From: a candidate division FCPU426 bacterium
Lineage (GTDB): Bacteria; Oederibacteriota; JAAXVQ01; JAUVAV01
Assembly: GCA_040756875.1 (NCBI GenBank)
Contig: JBFLYH010000001.1
Location: 64,001 to 128,000 of the forward strand
Reading direction: 5' to 3'
Length of the DNA stretch: 64,000 nt
Below, one piece after another: positions 39,538-48,284 of this stretch (positions are counted from its first letter, which is position 1; the number at the start of each line of letters is the position of its first letter). A model generated the notes under the pieces. The model saw only the letters and a program-made list of their open reading frames with translations, made no database searches and was not told the DNA's origin. The translations under genes and the position numbers were made by a program.

Positions 39538-39571
39538 TCAGGGGCTGCGACGGCAAGGTCGCTGTCTGTAT

Positions 39572-39609
39572 AAAAAAATCCCCGGGCTTCCAGGCCCGGG
39601 GATTTTTTG
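39572..39609. terminator. Bidirectional intrinsic terminator between convergent genes
   Basis: A7-TCCCCGGGC-loop-GCCCGGGGA-T tract. Confidence 0.85.
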
Positions 39610-39675
39610 TTTTAAAAAGAGGGTTCAAACCGGGGGGGATGTTCGCGGAATACGAGCCGTAATCATTTCAGCAAA

Positions 39676-41754
39676 TCATTTGACCGCCAGCTTGCCTGAT
39701 TGGGTCTTTTGGCCGTTGACGTAAATAACATAAAAATAGAGGCCGCTGCTCAAACCCTGTGTTTTCCAGACCAGGTCAGGCTGGCCGGGGCTGAGATCCC
39801 CGCTCAGCCGGCTGACAAACTTTCCCGCGACATTGAAGAATTTTACTTCGGCCTTCACGGGCCCGGAGGCCGCAAACCTGAATGTGACTTGGTCCCCGGC
39901 CGGCTGGGGGAAGGCTTTTTGCAAAGTGACGGTCGCGGGCAGGACGCTCTGGGGAACGCCGTAGGTATAGGTCAGGGTCGAGGATTTGATGGGGCGGGTG
40001 TCGGCGAACCGGGCGTAGGCCCTGGCGGTCAGCACGTAAGGTTTTACGGTGGTGCCTGAATTCCAGGTGCAGGCAAAAGGATAGGCCGTCACTTTGGCCA
40101 GCAACAACCCGTCGACGTAGAACTCCACCCAGCGGACATTGTCAGGATTGCCGATGCCGGCTTCCAGCCGGATCACGCCCGGCGACGTGATGGCAGGGTA
40201 AAGCAGATTGACGGCATAGGAATAATCGGATTTGTATTCAAAAGCGCCGATGGCCGGGGTGGCGGCCTGGTAGCCCAGGACCACGGGGTCGCCTGTGTTC
40301 CAGGAAATGGCCGCTTGCACGGTAATGGAATTGGCGGCGAAATCAATGCTGGCAATGGCCACCGGGCTGCCGGCGCCGACTTTAATCACGTCGCCTTCGA
40401 TCAGGCCCTGCCCGTCGGTGAAGAACCCCGCGTCCGCCACGGAAATAACCGTGCCGCTGCCTGAGGCTGAGTTGACCGTGGTCATGGCCTGGCCGGCGTT
40501 GAGGCAGTTGGACGAAGAACTCAAATGCAGGTCGTCCTGGCCGTAATCGGCGAAACGGATGCCGCTGGTCACCGCGCAACTGGGATCGCTGCCGGTTTCT
40601 TCGCAGGCATTATGGCTGGCCGCGGCCTGGTTGCCAGCCACGATGCCGATGATGTTGCTGGTGTCCGTCCGGGTCACCCGGTAGAAGATGTTGTTGAAGA
40701 CGTGGTTGTTGAGGCTGTAGTCCGTGCCGGACGGCCAGGGCTCCTGGGTGAAGCCCACGGTGCTCCATTGTTTGGGCGAACTGGCCAGGGAGAAGTCGGC
40801 AAAGGTGTTGTTGTACAGCCGGACGTAATCAATGGCCCCGAACTGCGCCACGTAACTGCCGTGCCGCAGGCCGACATTGCCCCGGATGATGAAGTCCTTT
40901 TCGCCCAGCAGGCTCTCGTCGCGTATTTGGTTGAAGTGGGAGTTGGCCTCGAGGTTGTCCGCCAGCCAGTTGTATTCGAAGATGTTCCGGTCGTTGTAGG
41001 AGCCGGCGTAGGGGTAGGGCTGCCAGCCGTCCACGTGGGCCGAGTCGCCCGAGCCGTCGGGAAAATCCGAGTTCCGGAAATCGTGCAGGTAATTGTTGCG
41101 GATGATGTTGCCGCCGCCCGTGGTGTCCACGAAGTCCAGGGTGTGGGAGATGTCGTTGTATTCGATGAGGTTGAACGTGCCGAGCAGGTTGACGCCGTTG
41201 GCGCCGACCGCCTGGCCGGCCACCCCGGTCGGGCAGCCGGTCCACATGATGGTGTTCCCGCGAATGACGTTGTAATCCGAATTTCCGTAGTAATTGCTGT
41301 TCCGTATGCCTTGCCCGTAAATGTGGTGGATATAATTATGGAGGATTTCGCAGTGGGTCGTGCCGTTGATCTGCACGGCGTGGGTGAAGCCGATGCCGTT
41401 GTGGGTGATTTCAAAGCCCATGACCCGGATGTAATCCCTGTTCGTCAGCAGGACCTGCCGGATGACGACCTGCACGTTGGGCTGGGCGGCATAGGTGATG
41501 AAATTCCCGGCGGTTCCATTGGCCGAAGGCTGTATGGCTTCTTCGTAGACGCCTGGGCCCACCATCACGGTGTCGCCGGGGAGCAGGGCGCTGTTGGCCT
41601 TGGCCAGGCTTTGCCAGGCGGTTTCAGACGACGTGCCGGGGTTGGAATCCTGGCCGGTCTGGGAATTGACGTAATAGACCGCAGCCTGGCTAAAGGCCGG
41701 GAGGAGAAAGACCAGGCCGCAGAGCAGGGTGAAAGACAAGCCGCGTGTTTTCAT
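39676..41754 (-). CDS. Secreted right-handed beta-helix protein with Ig domain and T9SS type-A-like CTD
   Basis: YYVNSQTGQDSNPG, PGDTVMVGPGVY, parallel beta-helix repeats, AHVDGWQ, VEFYVDG, AFPQP...SSGLYFY...KLAVK. Confidence 0.85.
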   Translation of the reverse strand: MKTRGLSFTLLCGLVFLLPAFSQAAVYYVNSQTGQDSNPGTSSETAWQSLAKANSALLPGDTVMVGPGVYEEAIQPSANGTAGNFITYAAQPNVQVVIRQVLLTNRDYIRVMGFEITHNGIGFTHAVQINGTTHCEILHNYIHHIYGQGIRNSNYYGNSDYNVIRGNTIMWTGCPTGVAGQAVGANGVNLLGTFNLIEYNDISHTLDFVDTTGGGNIIRNNYLHDFRNSDFPDGSGDSAHVDGWQPYPYAGSYNDRNIFEYNWLADNLEANSHFNQIRDESLLGEKDFIIRGNVGLRHGSYVAQFGAIDYVRLYNNTFADFSLASSPKQWSTVGFTQEPWPSGTDYSLNNHVFNNIFYRVTRTDTSNIIGIVAGNQAAASHNACEETGSDPSCAVTSGIRFADYGQDDLHLSSSSNCLNAGQAMTTVNSASGSGTVISVADAGFFTDGQGLIEGDVIKVGAGSPVAIASIDFAANSITVQAAISWNTGDPVVLGYQAATPAIGAFEYKSDYSYAVNLLYPAITSPGVIRLEAGIGNPDNVRWVEFYVDGLLLAKVTAYPFACTWNSGTTVKPYVLTARAYARFADTRPIKSSTLTYTYGVPQSVLPATVTLQKAFPQPAGDQVTFRFAASGPVKAEVKFFNVAGKFVSRLSGDLSPGQPDLVWKTQGLSSGLYFYVIYVNGQKTQSGKLAVK

Positions 41755-41774
41755 GCCGCCCTCGCGCTGTTTGG

Positions 41775-42278
41775 TCATAGCTTGGCGATGATCTCCTGCA
41801 GGCGCACGACAAATTCCCGGTATCCTTCCTTGACCCGCTCCAGCATCCGGATGACCGTTTGGCGCTCGGATTCCTGTTTCAGGAAATCGTCGTCTTTCGC
41901 GTACAACTGCTGGACGCCGGCCATGATAATTTGCGCCGTGCGGATTTCGTGGAAGATCCTCACCAGCTGGTCGAGGAGTTCGCGCTTCAAAAAAGCATAG
42001 CTGGTCATGTTCCGGTAGAAGGTAATGTCAGGCTCGATCTCGGTTTTAAAAAACAAATCACTTTTGCGGCCTTCCTTGAGGCCCTGGACGCATTCCTCGA
42101 TTTCGCCGATTTTATCCTGCCGGTATTTCAGCATTTCGCCCAATTCGGCCTTTAACGCCACACGCAGGGCTAGGTTTTTTTTGGATTTTTCGATCAACTG
42201 GGGGAAGAAGGAAAAGCAAAACCCCAACACCGCGCCAAAAGCGATTTGCACGAAGGAGATGTCATACCAGGGTTTCAT
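41775..42278 (-). CDS. Hypothetical protein with N-terminal TM anchor
   Basis: 167 aa ORF, N-terminal hydrophobic helix then helical domain. Confidence 0.65.
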   Translation of the reverse strand: MKPWYDISFVQIAFGAVLGFCFSFFPQLIEKSKKNLALRVALKAELGEMLKYRQDKIGEIEECVQGLKEGRKSDLFFKTEIEPDITFYRNMTSYAFLKRELLDQLVRIFHEIRTAQIIMAGVQQLYAKDDDFLKQESERQTVIRMLERVKEGYREFVVRLQEIIAKL

Positions 42279-42458
42279 GGCGGTCTGTCCTTTTGCGGAC
42301 GCGCTATTAATTCAAAAGCAATGGATTAATGATAGATAACTTTACGCCGGGTGACAAGGGCTTTCCAGGATGGAAGGCAAGCCGGGCATCATCTGACAGT
42401 TCTTTTATACCCGCTCGTCATCATCGTGCATCCTGGGATGCGGACAGTACTTGAAGCC

Positions 42459-42980
42459 TCAGAACCAGGTTTGCCGCTTATAAACCCGGTACGCCTCCCC
42501 GAACTGGGCTTCCAGCGCGGTTTCCTCCAGGCGCTGCCAGAAAAGAATGCCAGGAACGCACACCAGTCCGAGGGCCAGGCTGATAGCCGCGCCGTTGAAT
42601 ACCACCCAGCCGGCGATCCACAGGATGAAGCCCGCATACATGGGATGGCGGAACTTGGAGTACAAACCCGTAGTGACCAAATGATCGATGTTTTCCACTC
42701 CCCGCAATTGAATTAACCCTCCCACTGCCAGGACCAATGCCACTGCCACCAGAACCAGCCCGGCCCGGCTCAGGACCGCGGGGAGGGCGATGCGCCAGGG
42801 GTCCAAAGGGCAAAAGAAAGGCCAGCTCATCAGGAAGACGCCCATGGCCGTGGCGATCGCGGCAAAGACCACCGGATTCTTGGTGTCCACCCTGCCGGCT
42901 TGCTTGAGGAGTTCATAGCCCGTGCGGGCGAGAAAAGCGAGCAGGCACAGGCCGGCGATGATCAGATAGGTTTTATCCAT
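42459..42980 (-). CDS. Isoprenylcysteine carboxylmethyltransferase/PEMT family membrane protein
   Basis: LVTTGLYSKFRHPMY...EETAL...FGEAY. Confidence 0.88.
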   Translation of the reverse strand: MDKTYLIIAGLCLLAFLARTGYELLKQAGRVDTKNPVVFAAIATAMGVFLMSWPFFCPLDPWRIALPAVLSRAGLVLVAVALVLAVGGLIQLRGVENIDHLVTTGLYSKFRHPMYAGFILWIAGWVVFNGAAISLALGLVCVPGILFWQRLEETALEAQFGEAYRVYKRQTWF

Positions 42981-42987
42981 GGCAGGC

Positions 42988-43392
42988 CTATCTCCAGACC
43001 GCGAGCAGGGCGCCGACCAGACCCATGGCCACAAAATGGCAGCCAACTCGGATCCCGAACAGTTTGAACGGGATCTTTTCCCAGATCAGCTCTCCGACCT
43101 CCAAGGGCACTACGAAGCCGACCCAAGCCAGGATTCCGATCGCGATCCCGCCGGCCACGGTCGTGGCTTGCGCGAGGGCAATAAACACCGCCAGTACCAA
43201 AGCCACGAGCAAATGGCCGAGGATGCCTGCAGGCATCCAGCGGACCGCGGGCTTGGAATCGGACTTGGTGAGCTCGGCCCAGGCTTTGCCGAAAAGCAGG
43301 GGCGAGAACCAGAGCAGGTTCGAAACCATGTGGATCAAGCCCGCGACCAGAACTGCCGGATAATTCAATTGCGACCAGACAGACGCCAGCAT
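42988..43392 (-). CDS. DUF1761 membrane protein
   Basis: NYPAVLVA...LWFSPLLFGKAW. Confidence 0.8.
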   Translation of the reverse strand: MLASVWSQLNYPAVLVAGLIHMVSNLLWFSPLLFGKAWAELTKSDSKPAVRWMPAGILGHLLVALVLAVFIALAQATTVAGGIAIGILAWVGFVVPLEVGELIWEKIPFKLFGIRVGCHFVAMGLVGALLAVWR

Positions 43393-43542
43393 GAGGCCTC
43401 CTTGAGGTGGAGAAATGATGTTATAGGCGAAATTATACCTTGTGCGGCCCTGGGCAGGTGTTTTTTGTGTAATAAATGCGTGCATTCCCAGTCAAATAAT
43501 TATAGAATCCGCTTTATATAACCCCCCCAGGAGGAACCCTCT

Positions 43543-44067
43543 TTGCCTCCTACTGCAATCAAGACCATCCGCGATCTGATCTTCTGGGAATACGCCAAAC
43601 TCATATCCCAATCCGCAGGCAAAGGCCGGGACAACTTTGCCTTTGTGATGTTTAAATTCAAGGAACTGCAAAGCAGGGCGATTTCCTGGTCCACGATCCT
43701 CAGGGAAGACCTCAAAACCTCCCGCGATGAATGCGCGTACTGCGGGGCCAAGTCCAACCTCAGCCACGACCACATCGTTCCCAAGCGGGAATGCCACTAC
43801 GACGAGATCCACAACATCGTGGCTGCTTGCAAGTCCTGCAATTCCTCCAAGGGGGACAAGGATTTGATCGAGTGGTATGGCCTTGACCGCCGCGCCGAAA
43901 TCCCCAGGATCGTAATGGGGAAATATCTGAAAATGCTGTACATCTGCCACGAATGCCGGGGGACATTGGCGAAGCGGGATATCAATAAGGATGGGAAGGT
44001 CGATTTGCTGGATTTGGGGTGGATATTCAAGGAGACGTGCGGGGAGAAGGGGAGTGCGCTTAAGTAA
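43543..44067 (+). CDS. HNH endonuclease
   Basis: CAYCG...DHIVP...NIVAACKSCNSSKG. Confidence 0.9.
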   Translation: MPPTAIKTIRDLIFWEYAKLISQSAGKGRDNFAFVMFKFKELQSRAISWSTILREDLKTSRDECAYCGAKSNLSHDHIVPKRECHYDEIHNIVAACKSCNSSKGDKDLIEWYGLDRRAEIPRIVMGKYLKMLYICHECRGTLAKRDINKDGKVDLLDLGWIFKETCGEKGSALK

Positions 44068-44142
44068 ATAAGTTAACTCCTGGAGTTCCCCTGATCATAG
44101 AATTCATAAAAAACGTAAGGGCGGAAAATTAGGAGGTCTAGA

Positions 44143-45015
44143 GTGAGTGAACGGCTTGAGGAAATATTTAAACTGCCAAAAGACACGCCGCCAAAAGCCC
44201 TTTACCACTACACTTCGCGAGAGGGTCTGCTGGGTATTTTAAAGGAACGGGCTATTTGGGCGACAGATATCATGTGTCTTAACGATTCGATGGAATTTAC
44301 TTATGCGGTCGAAATTGCGCGACCACTTGCACTAGAAATGATTAATAATTGTACGGATGAACAAGAGAAAAATGGATACAGAATGATAAGTAGTTTACTT
44401 GAAGAGAGGAATATAGGGCAATTCCGATCATACATTGTTTCCTTTTCAGAAGAAGGAGATTTATTAAGCCAATGGAGGGGCTATACCCGCGCAGGTGATG
44501 GTTATGCTATTGAATTTAACCCGGATATACTTGAACAACTGATTAGAACTAATATTTTGGAGAACAAGGAGTTCTATCTTGCAAAATGCAGGTATGTATT
44601 AAATGAACAGAAGAAAATTGTGGAAGAAGTACTCGAAAATGCACGAAAGATATCCAAAACTGAGGTAGAAGCAGGAATTCCAATTTATGCGGCTATCGTT
44701 AAAAATTTTCTTATTCCTTTTTTATTCATTGCACCTCTTATCAAACACCCGACCTTTAAGCAAGAACAAGAATGGCGGCTTATTGCCTTCTTAGCTGATG
44801 CGACTAACATACTTCAGTTTAAACCGGGCAAGTCAATGCTGATTCCATACATCTCCTTTAAGTTTGATGAAACGGGGTTGCCTTTTAATAAAATAATACT
44901 TGGCCCAAATCCTCATCCGGAACTTAATCGACGAGTAGTTTTGGAACTTTTAGACAAATATGGTGCTACTAATGCAGTATGCACAAGTTCTTCAATACCA
45001 TATAGGGATTGGTAA
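44143..45015 (+). CDS. DUF2971 domain protein
   Basis: LYHYTS, LNDSME, SFSEEGDLLSQWRGY, KHPTFKQEQEWR, IILGP, SSIPYR; AT-rich. Confidence 0.85.
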   Translation: MSERLEEIFKLPKDTPPKALYHYTSREGLLGILKERAIWATDIMCLNDSMEFTYAVEIARPLALEMINNCTDEQEKNGYRMISSLLEERNIGQFRSYIVSFSEEGDLLSQWRGYTRAGDGYAIEFNPDILEQLIRTNILENKEFYLAKCRYVLNEQKKIVEEVLENARKISKTEVEAGIPIYAAIVKNFLIPFLFIAPLIKHPTFKQEQEWRLIAFLADATNILQFKPGKSMLIPYISFKFDETGLPFNKIILGPNPHPELNRRVVLELLDKYGATNAVCTSSSIPYRDW

Positions 45016-45183
45016 TAGAAACAAAATGGGATTAATAAATTTAAAGATGCCGTAATGAATGGGGACGGAGTGGCCCCGTTCACACGGGAGGAAGAATGAC
45101 TGATGAACCGGGACGTTGTTTAAATGTCAAAATGACCCGCGGCCTCCCCAATTGTGCAAGAGGTGCTTGCACAAATTGCTTAG

Positions 45184-45405
45184 TGTAAATGGGGACGTTG
45201 TTTAAATGTCAAAATGTTTACAGTGCTGATATTCACCTGACACCTCCGCCTTTTGCTGGTTGAGCTGCCGGGCTGCTTTCTGGTGTCCCTTTTCCCGCAG
45301 ATGTTTTAACGCCCAATGCCAGTCGCCTGTCCTTCACGACTTATCTCATAAAACCTTTCTCAACTGATGAAAAACGCATTGAAATCCCTCGCCACCGGTC
45401 TAATG
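45184..45405 (+). repeat. 222 bp direct repeat copy 1 (leader of truncated DUF1016 gene)
   Basis: Matches 46789-47010 with 2 mismatches by eye. Confidence 0.92.
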
Positions 45406-45432
45406 GATCAAGAATGTGCGAGGGGGAATATT

Positions 45433-46014
45433 ATGCCCGGCGAAAAAAGAAAGACGCACTTCCAAACCCAGCTCCATAGCCTGCCGTATGATTATGCGCA
45501 AATTCTTGCTGAGATAAAACACAGAATCCATAGTGAACGGTTGCGTGTTGCACGGGCGGCGAATTCTGCCCTGGTTATGCTGTATTGGGACATTGGCAGG
45601 TTAATACTAGGCCGCCAGAAACACGAAGGCTGGGGAACACGTGTCATAGACCGGCTTTCGGCGGATTTAAGGACGTCTTTCCCGGAAATGAATGGTTTGT
45701 CCCCGCGAAATCTTAAATATATGCGTGCGTTTGCCTCGGCATGGCCGAATAGATCAATTGTGCAAGAAGTGCTTGCACAAATTACTTGGTATCATAATCT
45801 TGCTTTGTTGGAAAAATTGAAACCATCAGAAGAAAGGCTGTGGTATGCCCGAAAAAGCCTTGATAACGGGTGGAGTCACAATATACTTGTAATTCAAATC
45901 GAAAGCGGCGCACGCGAACGGAGCGGAAAGGCGCTGCATAATTTCAAAACTACCCTGCCTGCGGAGGATTCGGATCTGGCGGGCCAGGTATTTAAGGACC
46001 CATATGGGTTTTGA
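45433..46014 (+). pseudogene. Truncated DUF1016/YhcG-like gene (N-terminal domain only)
   Basis: Paralog of 47038-48093 ending right after FKDPY; lacks the PDDEXK C-terminal domain. Confidence 0.8.
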
Positions 46015-46221
46015 TCGGGGCCGGAGTTAACTTGTTAACATAGCCAAGAATGGTGCCAGCCGCCATTTCTCTGTTTACTGTGCGGGAAATACTTGCGCAA
46101 ATGACTTGGTACCATGGAGATGCGGGACACTGTGTCCCTGAGATTCATTCAATCAAAACAGCAGGCGTGCTATTATGGGGAATATATTAATTATATTTAG
46201 GCACGGGCTTTATTAAATAAA

Positions 46222-46692
46222 ATGGAGATGAGAATGGAAATACAAATAGAGCCATTGTCTTCCGGAGAACAAGCTCCGCTGGATTTACTGAAGCTTGCTG
46301 ATCCATCTGAAAAAATGGTCGCTTTCTATTTAAGCCAGGGAGAGTGCTTTGTTGCTAAAGAAAGTAATGCTGTGGTGGGAGTTATTATTAGTATGAAAAC
46401 GAAGCCGGATACTTTTGAAATAATGGCCATAGCTGTAAAAACAGAGATGCAGAATAAGGGTATTGGTAAAAGGTTGATTGCTTTTGTACGGGAAAAGGTG
46501 AAAAAAACGGGCGCGAAATATTTGGAAATTGGGACAGGCAATCCCGGTGTGCAACAAATGCTGCTTTATCAAAAATGTGGTTTTAGAATAGTTGGCGTGG
46601 ATTTGGATTATTTCAGAAGAAATCACGATGAAAAAATAATGGTAAATGGCATTGAATGCCGGGATATGATTCGCATGCAAATGGAATTATAA
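46222..46692 (+). CDS. GNAT N-acetyltransferase
   Basis: LADPSE, QNKGIGKRLI, IGTGN, LYQKCGFRI, NGIECRDMI; AT-rich. Confidence 0.9.
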   Translation: MEMRMEIQIEPLSSGEQAPLDLLKLADPSEKMVAFYLSQGECFVAKESNAVVGVIISMKTKPDTFEIMAIAVKTEMQNKGIGKRLIAFVREKVKKTGAKYLEIGTGNPGVQQMLLYQKCGFRIVGVDLDYFRRNHDEKIMVNGIECRDMIRMQMEL

Positions 46693-46788
46693 AGACTAGG
46701 GACGTTTTTTAAATGTCAAAATGTCCTGCGCTCCAATAATCACCCCCTTTACTCCTCCCTGAATACTTCTGCCCTAAATGTTAATAAT

Positions 46789-47010
46789 TGTAAATGGGGA
46801 CGTTGTTTAAATGTCAAAATGTTTACAGTGCTGATATTCACATGACACCTCCGCCTTTTGCTGGTTGAGCTGCCGGGCTGCTTTCTGGTGTCCCTTTTCC
46901 CGCAGATGTTTTAACGCCCAATGCCAGTCGCCTGTCCTTCACGACTTATCTCATAAAACCTTTCTCAACTGATGAAAAACGCATTGAAATCCCTCGCCGC
47001 CGGTCTAATG
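46789..47010 (+). repeat. 222 bp direct repeat copy 2 (leader of full DUF1016 gene)
   Basis: Matches 45184-45405. Confidence 0.92.
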
Positions 47011-47037
47011 AATTAAAACTGTGCGGAAGGGAATTAT

Positions 47038-48093
47038 ATGCCCGGTGAAAAAGTGAAGGCGCGCTTCCATACCCAGCTCAATGGCCTGCCGTATGATTAT
47101 GCGCAAATTCTTGCTGAGATAAAACACAGAATCCAAAGCGAACGGTTGCGTGTTGTGCGGGCGGCGAATTCTGCCCTGGTCATGCTGTATTGGGACATTG
47201 GCCGCCTTATACTTGGTCGGCAGAAACATGAAGGCTGGGGAACACGCGTGATAGACCGGCTTTCGGAGGACTTGAAGGCGGTTTTTCCGGAAATGAGGGG
47301 TTTGTCCCCGAGAAACCTCAAGTATATGCGGGCTTTTGCCTTGGCCTGGTCTAATAAGGCAATTGTGCAGCAGCTTGCTGCACAATTGCCCTGGTATCAT
47401 AACTGCATGCTTTTGGAAAAAATTAATGCGATCCCCCTGCGTCTATGGTACGCCAAGATGGCGCTCACCCAAGGATGGAGCAGGAATATACTTTCACTAC
47501 AGATCGAAAGCGGTGCATACGAACGGAGCGGAAAAGCGCTGCATAATTTTAAAACTACGCTGCCGGCGGAGGATTCGGACCTGGCGAACCAAGTATTTAA
47601 AGACCCTTATTTATTTGACTTTCTCGGCATGGCTGAGCTTAAAAGAGAAAAGCAGGTCGAACAAGCTTTGGTGGATCATATTCAGAAGTTTTTGCTCGAA
47701 TTGGGCGCGGGGTTTGCTTTTGTCGGGCGGCAGGTTAGATTGGACGTTGGCGGCCAGGATTTCATCATTGACCTGCTTTTCTACCATCTTGCGCTCAGGT
47801 GTTATATCGTTATAGAACTCAAAGCCGTGCCATTTGAACCGGCGTTTGTTGGCCAAATGAACCTATACCTATCCGCTGTTGATGATCGTATGCGGCACGC
47901 GGAGGATAAGCCGACGATCGGGTTGCTGCTGTGCAAAGCAAAAAATCGCTTGATCGTGGAATATGCCCTCCGCGATTTGAAAAGGCCGATCGGTGTGGCG
48001 CGATGGGAAACGAAGATCGTCAGGTCGCTACCTAAAAAGTTTGCTGGGATACTGCCTTCGATCGAGCAGATCGAGGAGGAGTTGAAACGTTAA
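47038..48093 (+). CDS. PDDEXK nuclease domain protein, DUF1016/YhcG family
   Basis: LYWDIG, SPRNLKYMR, KDPYLFDFL, FLLELGAGFAFVGRQ, IDLLFYH, VIELK, GQMNLY, TIGLLLC. Confidence 0.95.
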   Translation: MPGEKVKARFHTQLNGLPYDYAQILAEIKHRIQSERLRVVRAANSALVMLYWDIGRLILGRQKHEGWGTRVIDRLSEDLKAVFPEMRGLSPRNLKYMRAFALAWSNKAIVQQLAAQLPWYHNCMLLEKINAIPLRLWYAKMALTQGWSRNILSLQIESGAYERSGKALHNFKTTLPAEDSDLANQVFKDPYLFDFLGMAELKREKQVEQALVDHIQKFLLELGAGFAFVGRQVRLDVGGQDFIIDLLFYHLALRCYIVIELKAVPFEPAFVGQMNLYLSAVDDRMRHAEDKPTIGLLLCKAKNRLIVEYALRDLKRPIGVARWETKIVRSLPKKFAGILPSIEQIEEELKR

Positions 48094-48284
48094 AGCCTTC
48101 GACAGTAGGTTTATACCAACCCGATTCCCCTGCCTCTCCCATACCCCGTATGCTAAAATGCCTGGGGACGTAGTTTGAATGTCCGGATGTCCAGCAGTCT
48201 CTCCTGCTCTTTGTGGACTAAAAGATGTCGTATTATTTTAAGATTAAAAGGTTAAAACAGCCGATGAGCATTATAAATATACCA

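Noticed and set aside
40525-42000. 491 aa plus-strand ORF and similar long overlapping ORFs (3722-4936, 17804-19339, 19813-21063, 24446-25768)
   Set aside because: Expected stop-poor antisense frames of GC-rich genes; no recognisable domains.
45149-46115. Diversity-generating retroelement TR/VR pair
   Set aside because: Mismatches are not confined to adenines of one template copy, segments are only ~36 bp, and no reverse transcriptase is present.
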